Positions 18,601 to 30,176 of a stretch of 64,000 nucleotides of DNA are shown here, in pieces. The notes beneath the pieces are model-generated. The model worked only from the letters and a program-made list of their open reading frames with translations. It had not been told where the DNA came from and made no database searches. The translations under genes and the position numbers were made by a program. This stretch comes from Antedon mediterranea (taxonomy: Eukaryota; Animalia; Echinodermata). The DNA lies in NCBI RefSeq assembly GCF_964355755.1, contig NC_092671.1, positions 40,186,304 through 40,250,303 of the forward strand, written 5' to 3'. The first letter of the stretch is position 1; every line of letters starts with the position of its first letter.

Positions 18601-21600
18601 ATTTTATAAAACATCACATAATTATTGCTGGTTGTCAACATCATTTATTGATACCTTATACAATGCTGAACATTTTTACTTTCTTTAACACTAGTCATCA
18701 TTCTTATATCATTATATTTGGGTGTGGATCTCAAAATCATGTTTTCGTATCAAAGTACTATGTTATATCGTCCAATGAATTAGTGCCAACAGATCATGTG
18801 ACTAGATTACTCAAGGATAGAATTCGGTCATCTATAAAAGTAGATTACTGTATAAAACACAATCAGTTTAATTCAATTTGTCAGCCCTGTGCACCATTAT
18901 TCTGATTCCAATTCAGTTTTAGACCAATGGCAATTAAGAACAAATCAATTATATTTAATTTGAAATGTTTAATAATAGTCCTACACACAGAGCTGGATCA
19001 AAAAGTCCCAATGTACAGTATTAGAAATAACATAAAATTGATTCCAATATCTTAAACATTGGTACTTGATTTTAGAGCATGTTGTTGTCTATGTCAGATG
19101 TATTTTAGTGCATTTGCTCTGTAATATTTCCGAATACTTAATATGTTTTTCACTTTTTAATCTGAATACTTGATCAACTTGACCGGATAAATGTTTCATA
19201 AGATGATTTTTTTATCCTACTTATCGTAGATTAACGGAGAAGATGTGCGTCAAGCAGAGCATCATCGAGTTGTTCAAATAGTCTCTAAGTGTCCAGACAC
19301 TCTGGTGATTAAAGTAGTGACTGTGGAGAAGACTATCACTCCACGTACACCTAGCCTAGATTCGCATGGCTCGTACAAACGAAAAGGTGAGGCACTCTCC
19401 TGTACTTTGATGGCATATCAAATTTACCAATTTTTTTAATATAGTAATTAATTAAAGTATCTAATATACAGTAGTTCCACTCCTCACCATTATTAAATCA
19501 ATTATTACATTTACAAATTAATTAATTACATTTTAAGATACGGTATATTTATTTTATTGGTGATATACATTATTTAATTAACACTATTATTAACAACTTT
19601 ATATATGCACAGTTTATTCTTTCAATATTACTATTTTGTTGACATCTATGGAGCTCTAACGTATTATAATATTACTTTTATAAACACTATAAATGTGTAT
19701 ATTTCTTTGAATAATAAGAATTGTAACTTATTTTTTAAATTAGCCCCACCACCACCTTTGAGGTCAACCAATACCAGACTAAGTTTATATGGTAATTTAA
19801 TTAGTTCCTAGAAGCTTTCTCACACTTGCTTTTCTTCAATTTAAAGCCTACACGTTTAATGTATTATCCTGTTTGCTGTACAGTATAGTGCTATAAATTC
19901 GATTCATGTCTAAATTATTCAGTTGTGACACAATTAAAAATTGTCAGCGTCCTGAGTGGATTCAATATAGTAGTGCTTGAAATAATGTGCTGTGTTTTTA
20001 CTAAAGAGTACTTATGTTACTGATAAATAATGTGACATCATAGATCAATGGTTTCATTTCCCTTGAGTGAGTTAGATGGTGTTTGTTATAACACCAAGTG
20101 TGGATATACACATGCTTTGAATTTAATGGGTTATAGCTATTGTTACTAACATCAAGGAATTCTTATGCTTAATATAAATTCTTATGGTTATTGGGTAGAT
20201 GAAGGGTTTTTCATCAACTAAACAATTTAACTTTATAAAATATCTTAAGATTTTCTAGATTATTCATATTACTGTAGATTTTCTAATACTTTCATGTAAC
20301 AACTAAACTAGTTCCATCTAAACTCTTAACACATTTTGTTTACAAAAATAATGTATGTCTATCATAAATTTTAAATAATTTGCCAAATTTGTTGAAAAAT
20401 ATTTATTGTCTTCTGGATTGTCTGCCTTATTTCCATTAATGTTCAGTGGCGTAACGGCTATGAGCACTCACTGGCTAAACCGAGGGGCCCCAGAGCTTAT
20501 GAGCAGTACCAAGAGGAAATACAGGCATTAAAATAAAAAGCTAAAAACGCCCGAGATCTCCTGCGTTGGAGGACCACTTGGTTCCTCAACCAGGGGCCTC
20601 AACCAGGGGCCTCAACCAGGGGCCTCAAGCATCTGCGTTACGCCACTGCTATTGTTTTTTATTTAAAGAATTTATGAATGTTTCAAATCACAAACTGTTC
20701 AGCTAACTATATGTTGACAATTTACTCTTTTTTAAGTTAATAATCTTCATTTATAAGCATTACGCTGTTTTTTTTAGTTACTATCTTTTCATGGATCTTG
20801 TTATAAACAGTTTGTCTTCTAGTTTTTTAACATGTTTTTAAATTTGTCTTTTAGATGATGATAGTATATCAATTGCAAGTGATGCATCATCAACCAGTAG
20901 TCAAGGCAGTAATAAGATTGCATCAATAAGATCACGGCCGACATCAAAGAGGGTGTCTTCTCAGCACCTCGATCAGATTTTACAAAGACAAGGCAGCAAA
21001 ACATCAATAGTGTCAACATCTTCAAACCCTAACAAACCAGTCATTCCTGCGACTCCGATATTCCGTTACGGAACAATGGGAAGAAATCCTAAAGGCACCG
21101 GTGATCCAATGGACAATACGTTACCTAGGAGGTCGTCAAATTGTGGCAGTGATTCTGCTCATTCATCTTTGAGGTCGTCGCCGGCTTCCTCGTACTCTCT
21201 AGCAACTGATTCCTCATGTCAAAGTAGTACTGATAGTGGCGTGCCTATGAAGATGGAAAGAAGTGTGTCGGAGCATTTTAGTCAATCACAGCCATACGCC
21301 ATTCCTCACAAACCTCAACAAGCATTAAATACACGATCAAAATCAATGATCAGTCTGGACACATCAGCACCTCCAGTTACACTGGAACCAAAACCGAAGA
21401 AATCAACGCCAAGTCCGTCTCCTGCGAGAGCTCTTGCTCTGCGTGAACAGAAGAAGCGTAATGGCCAAACACCAGCAAACCCACCTCCACAATTTAATCC
21501 TAAAACACCCCCTGTCAAATCTAAAGTTTCTCATGGAGCACCTCCTGCTCCTCCACCACCTCCTCCGATCGAACCTCCTCAAAATAATAATACAATACAA

Positions 21601-23438
21601 GCAAAACAAAGTAATAGATTAACACAAGATATCAACGCAAATGGGGGTATGCCTGTAAGGAGAAAGAGCGAACCTCGAGAGCCAAACACATTTGCTGCTT
21701 CGATAGCACGTGCTGCAGAGAAAAGGAAAGAACAGGATAATTTAGAACAAGGCAGTGATCCTCAACAGTCACATGCTATGCAGATTGCACTAGCCGCTCG
21801 ACAACGAAATATGAATCAAAATAATCAATCACCACGAGTTGGCGCACCCCCACCTACAGGTTTGCAAGCCGAGATCTTACAAAGGAAAGCTAAGTTTAAT
21901 GCGAATGTACAAAGTAACGAAACTATTGAGGAAAAAATTCAAAAACGTCAGAGAGAGAACAATGCACAAAGACCTAAATCAACTCATGATGCTTTGCTTG
22001 AAGCCATTGCTAAAAGGAAGTCGAGGCTTGATCAAAAAGAAATGGAAGCAACCAGTAATGAAAGTCAAAGTAGACAAAATAGTTTTGAATTGTGGAATGA
22101 TCCTCCTCCGCAAACAACAAAACCAGGTAAAATTCCTCCAACTGTTGCTCCAAAAAGAAACCCAAACACAAAACTTTCTCAAAGTGATGGTTTACTCGAA
22201 AGGAATTCAACTCCGCAATCAAACAAAAATGGGTTTAGTAATACAAACTTTAAAACCAGTACACCTAAGCAAAATGGCTTACATAGCACAGACTCAAGGA
22301 GTCAATCTCCTGTAGTTCAACCTAAACAATTTAATGGCACTCACAAAGGCAAAGCTATTGATCAGTCTCAAAATAATTTCTCATCAATTTTAACTCGCTT
22401 CCAGAATAGTAGTCCAAATGGGACACTTAACCCGAATTTAGGCGTGCCACCTCCACCAAGCAATAGTGAGAACATTAATCAAATGGTGTTGGAAATTGTG
22501 CCGCCACCACCAGCTATGGATATCAACAACAGACCTCAAAGGATCAGTCGTGATCATGCATTTGACACAGCTAGTGTTATCTCTTCAATGTCTTCTGTGT
22601 CAACTTTGTCAAACTTATCCAATGAACCATGGGATTCATTCCAGCCAATTGGAGAACAAGACGATAAAATGGTGAACATTCGTTCAAATGCTGGATCCAA
22701 TAAAATCAGTAATGGACTTGTATCAAACTCATTCCAAGGTTTGTGAATTTCTTAATTCTGTCTCTATACAACCCCTATCCAAAGCATTTTACAATTTAAA
22801 GCTCTGTCTACACTATCAAACTTTATGTGACAAAAAAATGTGATGTGCCCTTATATGCACATGATGATGTCATATCACTACAATATTTGGGCATATCACT
22901 ACCAAATTTGAGCACATCACCAAATTTGATAACATCACACTTTTTTTGATCAAACTAGTTTTATAGTGTAGACAGCTTAATGCTTTGTCTAAACTATCAC
23001 ACTTTATGTGACAAAAAATGTGATGTAGCCATATATGGACATAATGATGTCATATCACCACCATATTTGGGCACATCACACTAGTTTGACAGTGCTTAAA
23101 AGTCAAATTTCATTTATTTCCTCTTCACTTTCCAATACATTTTGATAAATATAATATATTTGTTTATTTGGAGTTCAGTGAATAATATTCAACTTTTTGT
23201 TTTAACAGCTTCAACTTCTTTTAACAACAAAGAACTGATTGAATGGCAACCAGAGGATGTTGCTGATTGGCTAGTTAGTCTTAAACTCGGAGAATATCGT
23301 GACAGCTTTTTGGAAAATGAAATCTCAGGCGAACACCTTATGGCACTTTCAAAAGACGACTTTAGCGAACTTGGAGTTACACGTATCGGCCATCGATTAA
23401 CAATTGAAAAAAATCTCAGGAAGATTAGAAGTACATGA
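3415..23438 (+). CDS. SHANK: SH3 and multiple ankyrin repeat domains protein (SHANK/ProSAP), 5'-partial spliced gene
   Basis: Phase-consistent GT-AG exons 3415-3615, 6516-6665, 7837-7932, 9196-9259, 16558-16643, 17624-17745, 19230-19386, 19744-19791, 20855-22738, 23209-23438. They encode SH3, PDZ (GFGFVLRGAK, PALQYLDSVD), a Pro-rich region and a C-terminal SAM, in SHANK order. Confidence 0.95.
6516..6665 (+). CDS. SHANK: SHANK exon, SH3 N-half
   Basis: YIAVKTYRGLQPGELSLTKGDIVQ, AG/GT boundaries, phase 1-1. Confidence 0.9.
7611..7780. mobile_element. MITE family A, about 170 bp
   Basis: TIRs AAGCTCTGTCTA(C/A)ACTATCAAACT / AGTTTGATAGTGT(A/G)GACAGAGCTT with TA/TWA flanks; 7 related copies in the window. 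Confidence 0.85.
7837..7932 (+). CDS. SHANK: SHANK exon, SH3 C-half
   Basis: VTNRTDESYWEGSVGHAHGVFPAYCVDKV, ttttag/gtacgt. Confidence 0.92.
9196..9259 (+). CDS. SHANK: SHANK linker exon between SH3 and PDZ
   Basis: cacag/gtaagt; phase 1 to 2, exactly what is needed to join 7932 to 16558; GKKVEADTISLSVGSDSSSTSG. Confidence 0.75.
15433..15611. mobile_element. Palindromic MITE, PIF/Harbinger-like
   Basis: AGCTTGGTTCCCACTAG ... CTAGTGGGAACCACGCT with extended internal inverted symmetry; TTA on both sides. Confidence 0.8.
16558..16643 (+). CDS. SHANK: SHANK exon, PDZ start
   Basis: LKTVTIKRGKKGFGFVLRGAK, cttttag/gtaagt. Confidence 0.95.
17624..17745 (+). CDS. SHANK: SHANK exon, PDZ middle
   Basis: FKPTSENPALQYLDSVDQGSNAEKAGLKPGDFLLE. 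Confidence 0.95.
17807..17950. mobile_element. MITE family B, degraded copy
   Basis: Shares GTAGCGA..GTTAAAAACAGACGA..CAAAGA.GCTTTAAATATAATT with 26631-26777; ends GCTGGCTACAGTCCTG. Confidence 0.6.
19230..19386 (+). CDS. SHANK: SHANK exon, PDZ end
   Basis: INGEDVRQAEHHRVVQIVSKCPDTLVIKVVTV, tag/gtgagg. Confidence 0.93.
19744..19791 (+). CDS. SHANK: SHANK short exon
   Basis: APPPPLRSTNTRLSL matches the SHANK APPPPKRAPTTALT motif; phase 1-1. Confidence 0.85.
20444..20648. mobile_element. hAT-like MITE
   Basis: Perfect 13-bp TIR CAGTGGCGTAACG / CGTTACGCCACTG; imperfect 8-bp flanks ttaatgtt / ctattgtt; internal 3x CCTCAACCAGGGG. Confidence 0.8.
20855..22738 (+). CDS. SHANK: SHANK large proline-rich exon
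   Basis: 1.9-kb open frame containing the 597-aa ORF; ASIRSRP, polyproline tracts and DTASVISSMSSVSTLS motifs; ttttag/gtttgt. Confidence 0.93.
22797..23096. mobile_element. Two adjacent MITE family A copies, the second truncated
   Basis: Same TIR and internal sequence as 7611-7780; together they fill most of the last SHANK intron. Confidence 0.8.
23209..23438 (+). CDS. SHANK: SHANK last exon, SAM domain
   Basis: WQPEDVADWLVSLKLGEYRDSFLENEISGEHLMALSKDDFSELGVTRIGHRLTIEKNL, then TGA. Confidence 0.96.
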
Positions 23439-25779
23439 TGCTTAAGTTGTGAAATATGAGCGTTTCTGAAATGTTTATTTAGGATATAATTGAGATATTA
23501 CAAATTACACAGCAAGACTATGACACCAAAATGCAAGATATTTTAATGGATTAACTCTAACAGCATTCAAGATAGAGAGTGTTTCTCTCTCTGCATCTTC
23601 TTTCATCTTTATCATCAATTGTGACTTGTGAATTGTGAAATATTTCAGAAATAGAAAATGCACTGACTTTTTTTTTTCAAATAAATTGACTTTTTTATCT
23701 GCAATATGATTGGTCACAAGTTGAACCATTATTATTACCTAACAGACTGCCAAAATATTTGCGATATTTCTCAACTAACCATTGTGCAAAATAGTTTATA
23801 AACTAATGGTAAACATGAGGATAATATACCAACCAACGCATGCAGAGAACCGTAAAATGATTAGCCTGTTATTTCATACTACATAGAAGCATGGTTTAAT
23901 TCCTCTAGACTTTTTGCACAAATTCTATTGCTGAAGAGCATAGATATGAATAAACATACTTTATATGTAAATATAAATAAATGTAAATTAGTTCATAATT
24001 TGGATATATTTGAAGATTTACATAGAATTATATGAATTGTGTTTACATTTTTTGTTTTATTATGTTACATCCAGCATTTTTAATTTAGGTGATATGTGTT
24101 TTAAGAATGGAAGGTTTGTGTGTGGGTGTGTATTCTTCTTTATCGTTTCATTTTGTAACATATTTCCTATTATATTTTTGCAGTATTTTAAAAAAGAATA
24201 GAATTATTTTTGTGCGCGCTTTCTAATTTCTCCTTATTTAGATTTTTTATACCAAAGCTTAGATATTTATGATCAGGATGTTGCACAGAGGAGGAGATAT
24301 TTTAACAGATTTTTCCATATTTATGATAAATTATATATAGATGGCGCATTTTCAAATATTTTAAATTTGGACAGAAAGATGTTCAAATAATGTAGTTTAT
24401 TTATTAACAGCCCAGTTTAAAATTGTTAGAACACTTTGGGTAAAACTTGTCAGATTATGATGAGAAATGTTTAAGATTATAGAATAGGAAATGCTTTATT
24501 TCTCAATAATTCATGGAAAGTTTATATCTAATTATTTAACATTTACCACAATTCAGCTTCAGTATACAAATATTTGTTATTTTGGTGAATTTGTGCATTA
24601 AACCATCCCTAGTGTAAATTATGACAGAGAATCAAATTGTATAGGAATGTGCTGCTTAAATAAAAATAATAATAAAATTAACAATAATAATTTGATTTTA
24701 ATACAATTGATATACACCTTGTTTTGATAATGTTTAATGATAGCAACTTTTGTTTATAGTGTATATATAAATACATTATATAGCTTTATTAGAGCAAAAT
24801 ATTAATAGCAAATACAGAAGGTACAGAATTATTAATAGTATTTATTGAAATTTATTGTTTATTTGCTTATTTTTTATATTGGAAATTTATTGATTATTAT
24901 TTTTATTAATACTGTACTTTAAATGTTTTATTAGCCTTTCTTATTTATCACATGTCATTTTACATTTTATTTTTGTTTATATTTTCCTTGTAAAATAATT
25001 AATGTTATTTTAATGACTTTAGAGAGAACATTATTAATTGCATCTAATTATTGATTTATATTTTGATATTTCAGTACAGGGTATCATAAATGGCACCTGG
25101 AAATTCACTAATATTTGCATATGCAAACTGCCTAATTAGCATAATTATATGTTGTGTGGCTCTGTCTTCTGTCTCACCTTAGTCGATGCATACAGAATCA
25201 GTTTATTTTAGTGTGTTTGTAAATAATGTATGTTCGAATGGTTTTATAATATATAAGATGGTTCTTGATAAAGATTAAAGTGTGTCGGCAAATTAATTCA
25301 CTCATTTCAGTCTTTTATTTCTTGTCACGGTTGATTGCTTTTGGCCTATCATCTCACTTAAAACATCATACAGTGAGGATCAATGTCATTAGGCATTTAA
25401 TGATAATGCAGATTGTCTTCAAATTAAGTGACATACTATTCTCATCATCAGAACTGTACAATCAACACCTAGTGCATTTATATACCTACTACACAGTTAA
25501 ATTTAAATGAGGCAATAATAGCATAATAAAGAACGAGGTAAGTGGACAACAAAAACAACAATCATATTGCAAGCGTCTTATAATACAGTTTGTGCATAAA
25601 AAGTAGAAACAATAATTTTTTATGATCTGTTATGACACTGCAAGAATTGGCTTTAATTGAATAATAAAAGAACTGTACTGTAGAGAATGAGTCACTTTTT
25701 AACCGACATTTTAAAATAGCGTAGATAAAGCAGAAAAGGGCAGGCCTAATAACGTTCGACAAAACGCACAATCGTTACG

Positions 25780-25958
25780 TTGATTTCAATTCCAGCGCGC
25801 TCCAGCGGTTAGACGAAACAAAAGATCTGACCAATCACCGTGTCAGAAACTTTCATCTAGCACACTTTCTTTTAAGCTCACGGCGGCGGCAAAAGCAGAC
25901 GACTTATGTAGGCCTACAGCAATCGTTATTAATTCTGGATTTACAAAGCACAACAAAG
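25780..25958 (+). promoter_or_regulatory. Candidate promoter and first non-coding exon
   Basis: Local CpG enrichment, CCAAT at about 25831, pyrimidine tract CTTTCTTTT at about 25865, donor AAAG|GTAAAA after 25958. Confidence 0.35.
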
Positions 25959-26630
25959 GTAAAATCATATTATACTGACACAATATATACTATAGGTAAT
26001 GTTCAATAGTTAAGAATAGTCGAATGTAAATAAGTAGTGATATTATGAATTGTTAGCCTCATGGTGATTCCAGCTAGGGTAGGTAGGCTAGTAGAGAAGA
26101 CGGGGGTTGTGGAAGCTAACTCATGCTATTGCTTCCCTGCTCTGATCGTACCACAGGCCTAGGCCTATGCCTAGCCAGTTAAAGAGACAACTTTTAATGT
26201 GTTTAGAATATATTTATATATTATGTTTTTGATAACTGAAAAGTAGGTAGAGGTTTCACTCTCAATAATATTGCAAAATCTATATATAAAAAAAATAAGA
26301 AGTAAAATTGTTCACTTTAGATGAATACCTTGCTTTTGCCATTTTTAAATTTTTTAAAGTTAAATAATTATTGTATAAGTACATCAAGTAGGCCCGACGT
26401 CATTGTAGCATAGTTACATTACACGACAAAAGTCATCTGTGACTTCTCTGTGTTTATGAACAAAATACACTCACTGCAATAATTAATAATAATAATAATA
26501 ATTAATTTGTGCTTATAGAACCATCTTCTACTGATCACAGTAGGCATGTGTTTTGAGGCTGTCATTTGACCTGATGACACAGTGCCTATATCCTATAGGT
26601 ACTTTATGTAAAGTTTGTATTGTACATGAT

Positions 26631-26777
26631 CAAGGTCGTAGCGAGAGGTTAAAAACAGACGATACAAAGATGCTTTAAATATAATTATATAAAATATGAT
26701 GATCTGTGTTTGGGAATTGGGTGGTGAATTTCACATGAGGCGAGCACCTTGTGTGCCTCGTGCTGGCTACGGCCCTG
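26631..26777. mobile_element. MITE family B
   Basis: TIR CAAGGTCGTAGC / GCTACGGCCCTG, ATGAT on both flanks; similar to 17807-17950. Confidence 0.65.
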
Positions 26778-27559
26778 ATGATAATAAATGCAACAGACCA
26801 TGTGTTTAAAACAAACAAGTTTATTTTCATCATCATCTTGGTTACAATTACCAGTAAACCAATTAATTTCTTTGGCTCCTATTTACAATACAATTATTAT
26901 GCTCAGTCTTTATATGAATACAAGATGTGCTTGATTGTAAGCATAGAGATAGCATAGTTCACTACTAAATGTTGTAATTGATACAGAAGCATAAACATTA
27001 AAAACGAATTCAGAGGCAAGTTTTTATTAAAGCGCACAGCAATATTACAGAAAAATAATTCATGGTTTCCTAGACTTTTCAGAGTATGGTACCAACATTT
27101 GAGTTCGAACAAACTCTGTTCCAATTTTAAAGTTAGTACCCTAACCCACTGTTACTATTGATCATTACTGCAGTAATTTATACAGTAATTACCATTAAGG
27201 CTATTAAAGCACAGGGATGATTTATTATAACTTAAATTTTATATTTGATACCAATTTATTATTGTGAATTTGAGCAAATGGCAAATAAACACAGCAGCAC
27301 AAAATACATTTTGATACATTTGCTTAGAAAGCAACAGAGAAACTAAAATAACACATCAAATATAGAAAATAGAAAACAAAAATATTTCATTTGATAAATT
27401 ATTAACTTAAAATTTGAAAAAAACAATTTGATTCAAACATAAACACTACACTGAATTCATTAAGATACATTTTTAAATTTCAAATTACATAAATTTCTTA
27501 TCACAATCAGAAAAAATTAATAGTAACATGTTATAAACAACTTTTTGATATACTCCTGT

Positions 27560-27702
27560 TTAAAGCCTACAATATCAAACTTTATGTGACAAAAGAATAT
27601 GATGTGCCCATATATGGATATATATTTAGGCATATCACTACCATATTTAGGCACATCACACTTTTTTTGTCAAACTAATTTGATAGTGTAGACAGAGTTT
27701 AA
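27560..27702. mobile_element. MITE family A copy
   Basis: TATCAAACTTTATGTGACAAAA ... TTTGATAGTGTAGACAGAG. Confidence 0.75.
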
Positions 27703-28262
27703 GACATCCTATATCTGCCCCTGCTAAGTTAATCTAAAGCTATCAGAAATCGAGGCTCAAAAGCATGGACTTAAGCTACTGCTTATGACATGAAATAACA
27801 TAGTGCTGTACCAATAAAGTACACACACAATTTAAAGCAATACTATACCCAACTACATTAGTAATCTATATTTTTGATTGAACTATTAATAATAAGAATG
27901 GAGGGCAACAACTAACTGTGTAACATTTTGCATAGTGTACCAAAATATTTACTATTAACAATAAGTCTAGGGGCTTTAATGTTTAAATACACCACATGAA
28001 AACGTAAAAAAATTATTCTAAAAACTTTGAACATTTAATCAATATATTATTATAAATTCTTTATTTACTTTGCCAGTACTATATTTGACTTTACATTTGT
28101 TGTAACTCTTTCAACTCCACTCCCTAAGCCTTAAATGAGACTTATTATTAGTTTATCCATCCTGTTGGCGAGTTACTCGCTGTTGGATGCGTATGAATAG
28201 CTAACATAATAAGAGTGTGGTAACTCTTATGCTATATATAACAATTCCAGTACACCTGATAC

Positions 28263-28462
28263 TAAAGCTCTGTCTACACTATCAAACTAATTTGACAAAA
28301 AAGTGCAATGTGCCTAAATATGGTAGTGATATGCCCAAATATGGTAGTGATACACTCAAATAGGTTAGTGATACACCCAAATATGGTAGTGATATGACTT
28401 CATCATTTCCATATATGGGCACATCACATTTTGTTGTCACATAAAGTTTGATGGTGTAGACC
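28263..28462. mobile_element. MITE family A copy, opposite orientation, with internal 20-bp repeat expansion
   Basis: AAAGCTCTGTCTACACTATCAAACT start; 4x CCCAAATATGGTAGTGATA-like units. Confidence 0.8.
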
Positions 28463-28770
28463 TGATACTAATTTTGACCATATCATTAATTTTAAATACT
28501 TTGCATTAAACACATAGCAACTCAATATTGGAATGCTTTAAGTACTTGGACGGCGGTTCCCTTCTATGAGGGCGCACTTTGCATTAATAAGGGCTTTCCA
28601 GTGTATAGGAATTCTAAACGGAATTAGTCTATATTGGTATAATTTTTAATCTTTTACAAGATTGTTAATTTTGATTTTTGATTTGTTTTAATTCTATTAC
28701 TAAAGTAAATTATACTAAACTACCTACAAATTTAATTTTTGAAATAAAAGAATTACTGTATAATCAAGGT

Positions 28771-29340
28771 ACTGTATAATAATAATTAATTAGTATTATT
28801 AAATACCTAAACATTTTACATTTAAATAGACAAGATATTTAGGCTGTATTACTGTATAATAATAATTAATTAGTATTATTAAATACCTAAACATTTTACA
28901 TTTAAATAGACAAGATATTTAGGCTGTATTACTGTATAATAATAATTAATTAGTATTATTAAATACCTAAACATTTTACATTTAAATAGACAAGATATTT
29001 AGGCTGTATTACTGTATAATAATAATTAATTAGTATTATTAAATACCTAAACATTTTGCATTTAAATAGACAAGATATTTAGGCTGTATTACTGTATAAT
29101 AATAATTAATTAGTATTATTAAATACCTAAACATTTTGCATTTAAATAGACAAGATATTTAGGCTGTATTACTGTATAATAATAATTAATTAGTATTATT
29201 AAATACCTAAACATTTTGCATTTAAATAGACAAGATATTTAGGCTGTATTACTGTATAATAATAATTAATTAGTATTATTAAATACCTAAACATTTTGCA
29301 TTTAAATAGACAAGATATTTAGGCTGTATTACTGTATAAT
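28771..29340. repeat. 80-bp minisatellite, about 7 copies
   Basis: ACTGTATAATAATAATTAATTAG...GGCTGTATT with period 80. Confidence 0.95.
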
Positions 29341-30059
29341 CAAGGTATAGTCATAACATTAAGTTACTTAAATTGAATTTGTGAGCAGTTAGATTTAAAC
29401 ATAAAGCTTCAAGAGTACTAAGTTTACATCAAGGTATTTTTTCCAATGAATGTATAGGAAAGGTTAAAGGTCAATTACAGTGCTTCATCTCACCCAGGAG
29501 TCAAATTGGTACATCCTACATATAGTTAAAGTGCAAAATAGATTTGGCTGCACTTTGTGTTGGGTCAATTATCCCAATTGGATGGGAACTAAAAGTTCTA
29601 CCCATATTATATTCACTTAATAATTTTAACTATTGAGTATATAATTTTAAAAACTGATGCACTGTACTGTCATTACTGTAATTAAAATTAACAACAACAA
29701 TTGTAAGGTTCGCTAATTATCTTTTCGGAGAATCAAAACTTGACCTTTTCTGGTCATAATTGATAAATCAAATCTTTCTTGACACTACTACTAATCTTGT
29801 CGTACAAGACTCTTATGGCATATATTGCATCTTGTTACCAACTGTGTGTGGTACAGGACCCAAGGCATAAGGTGAATGGATACCTCAGCTTAGCCCTTCA
29901 CTTTGAAGTAGAGAAATACAAGGCAAATAGTCCATCTGCAGTATATATACACCAGAGATAAAACACTCAACTTAGGCTTCACACAATGGTTGAGACAATT
30001 GGTGGTACATCTTACATCTTCAACTAATTAATTCTTAATTAAAACTGCTACATTTTCCG

Positions 30060-30176
30060 TCATGATTTGCTTGTTGCAACATTTGTTTCATCTTCGTCAT
30101 CTTTTTCGTCTTTATCCTCAGAATTTGGTGCTGTTTCTAAACCACTATCTGGTGAAACCTTCATATCTTCAAAATA
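30060..30176 (-). CDS. RABL2: RABL2 exon 8, acidic tail and stop
   Basis: caatag acceptor; YFEDMKVSPDSGLE...EDKDEKDDEDE...KS then TGA; no CAAX motif, as expected for RABL2. Confidence 0.85.
   Translation of the reverse strand, partial: YFEDMKVSPDSGLETAPNSEDKDEKDDEDETNVATSKS

Noticed and set aside
4335-19200. Numerous 60-100 aa hydrophobic ORFs in introns
   Set aside because: Expected by chance in AT-rich DNA; no motifs or splice support
20953-22746. 597-aa ORF as a standalone gene
   Set aside because: It is an internal SHANK exon with an acceptor at 20854 and a donor after 22738
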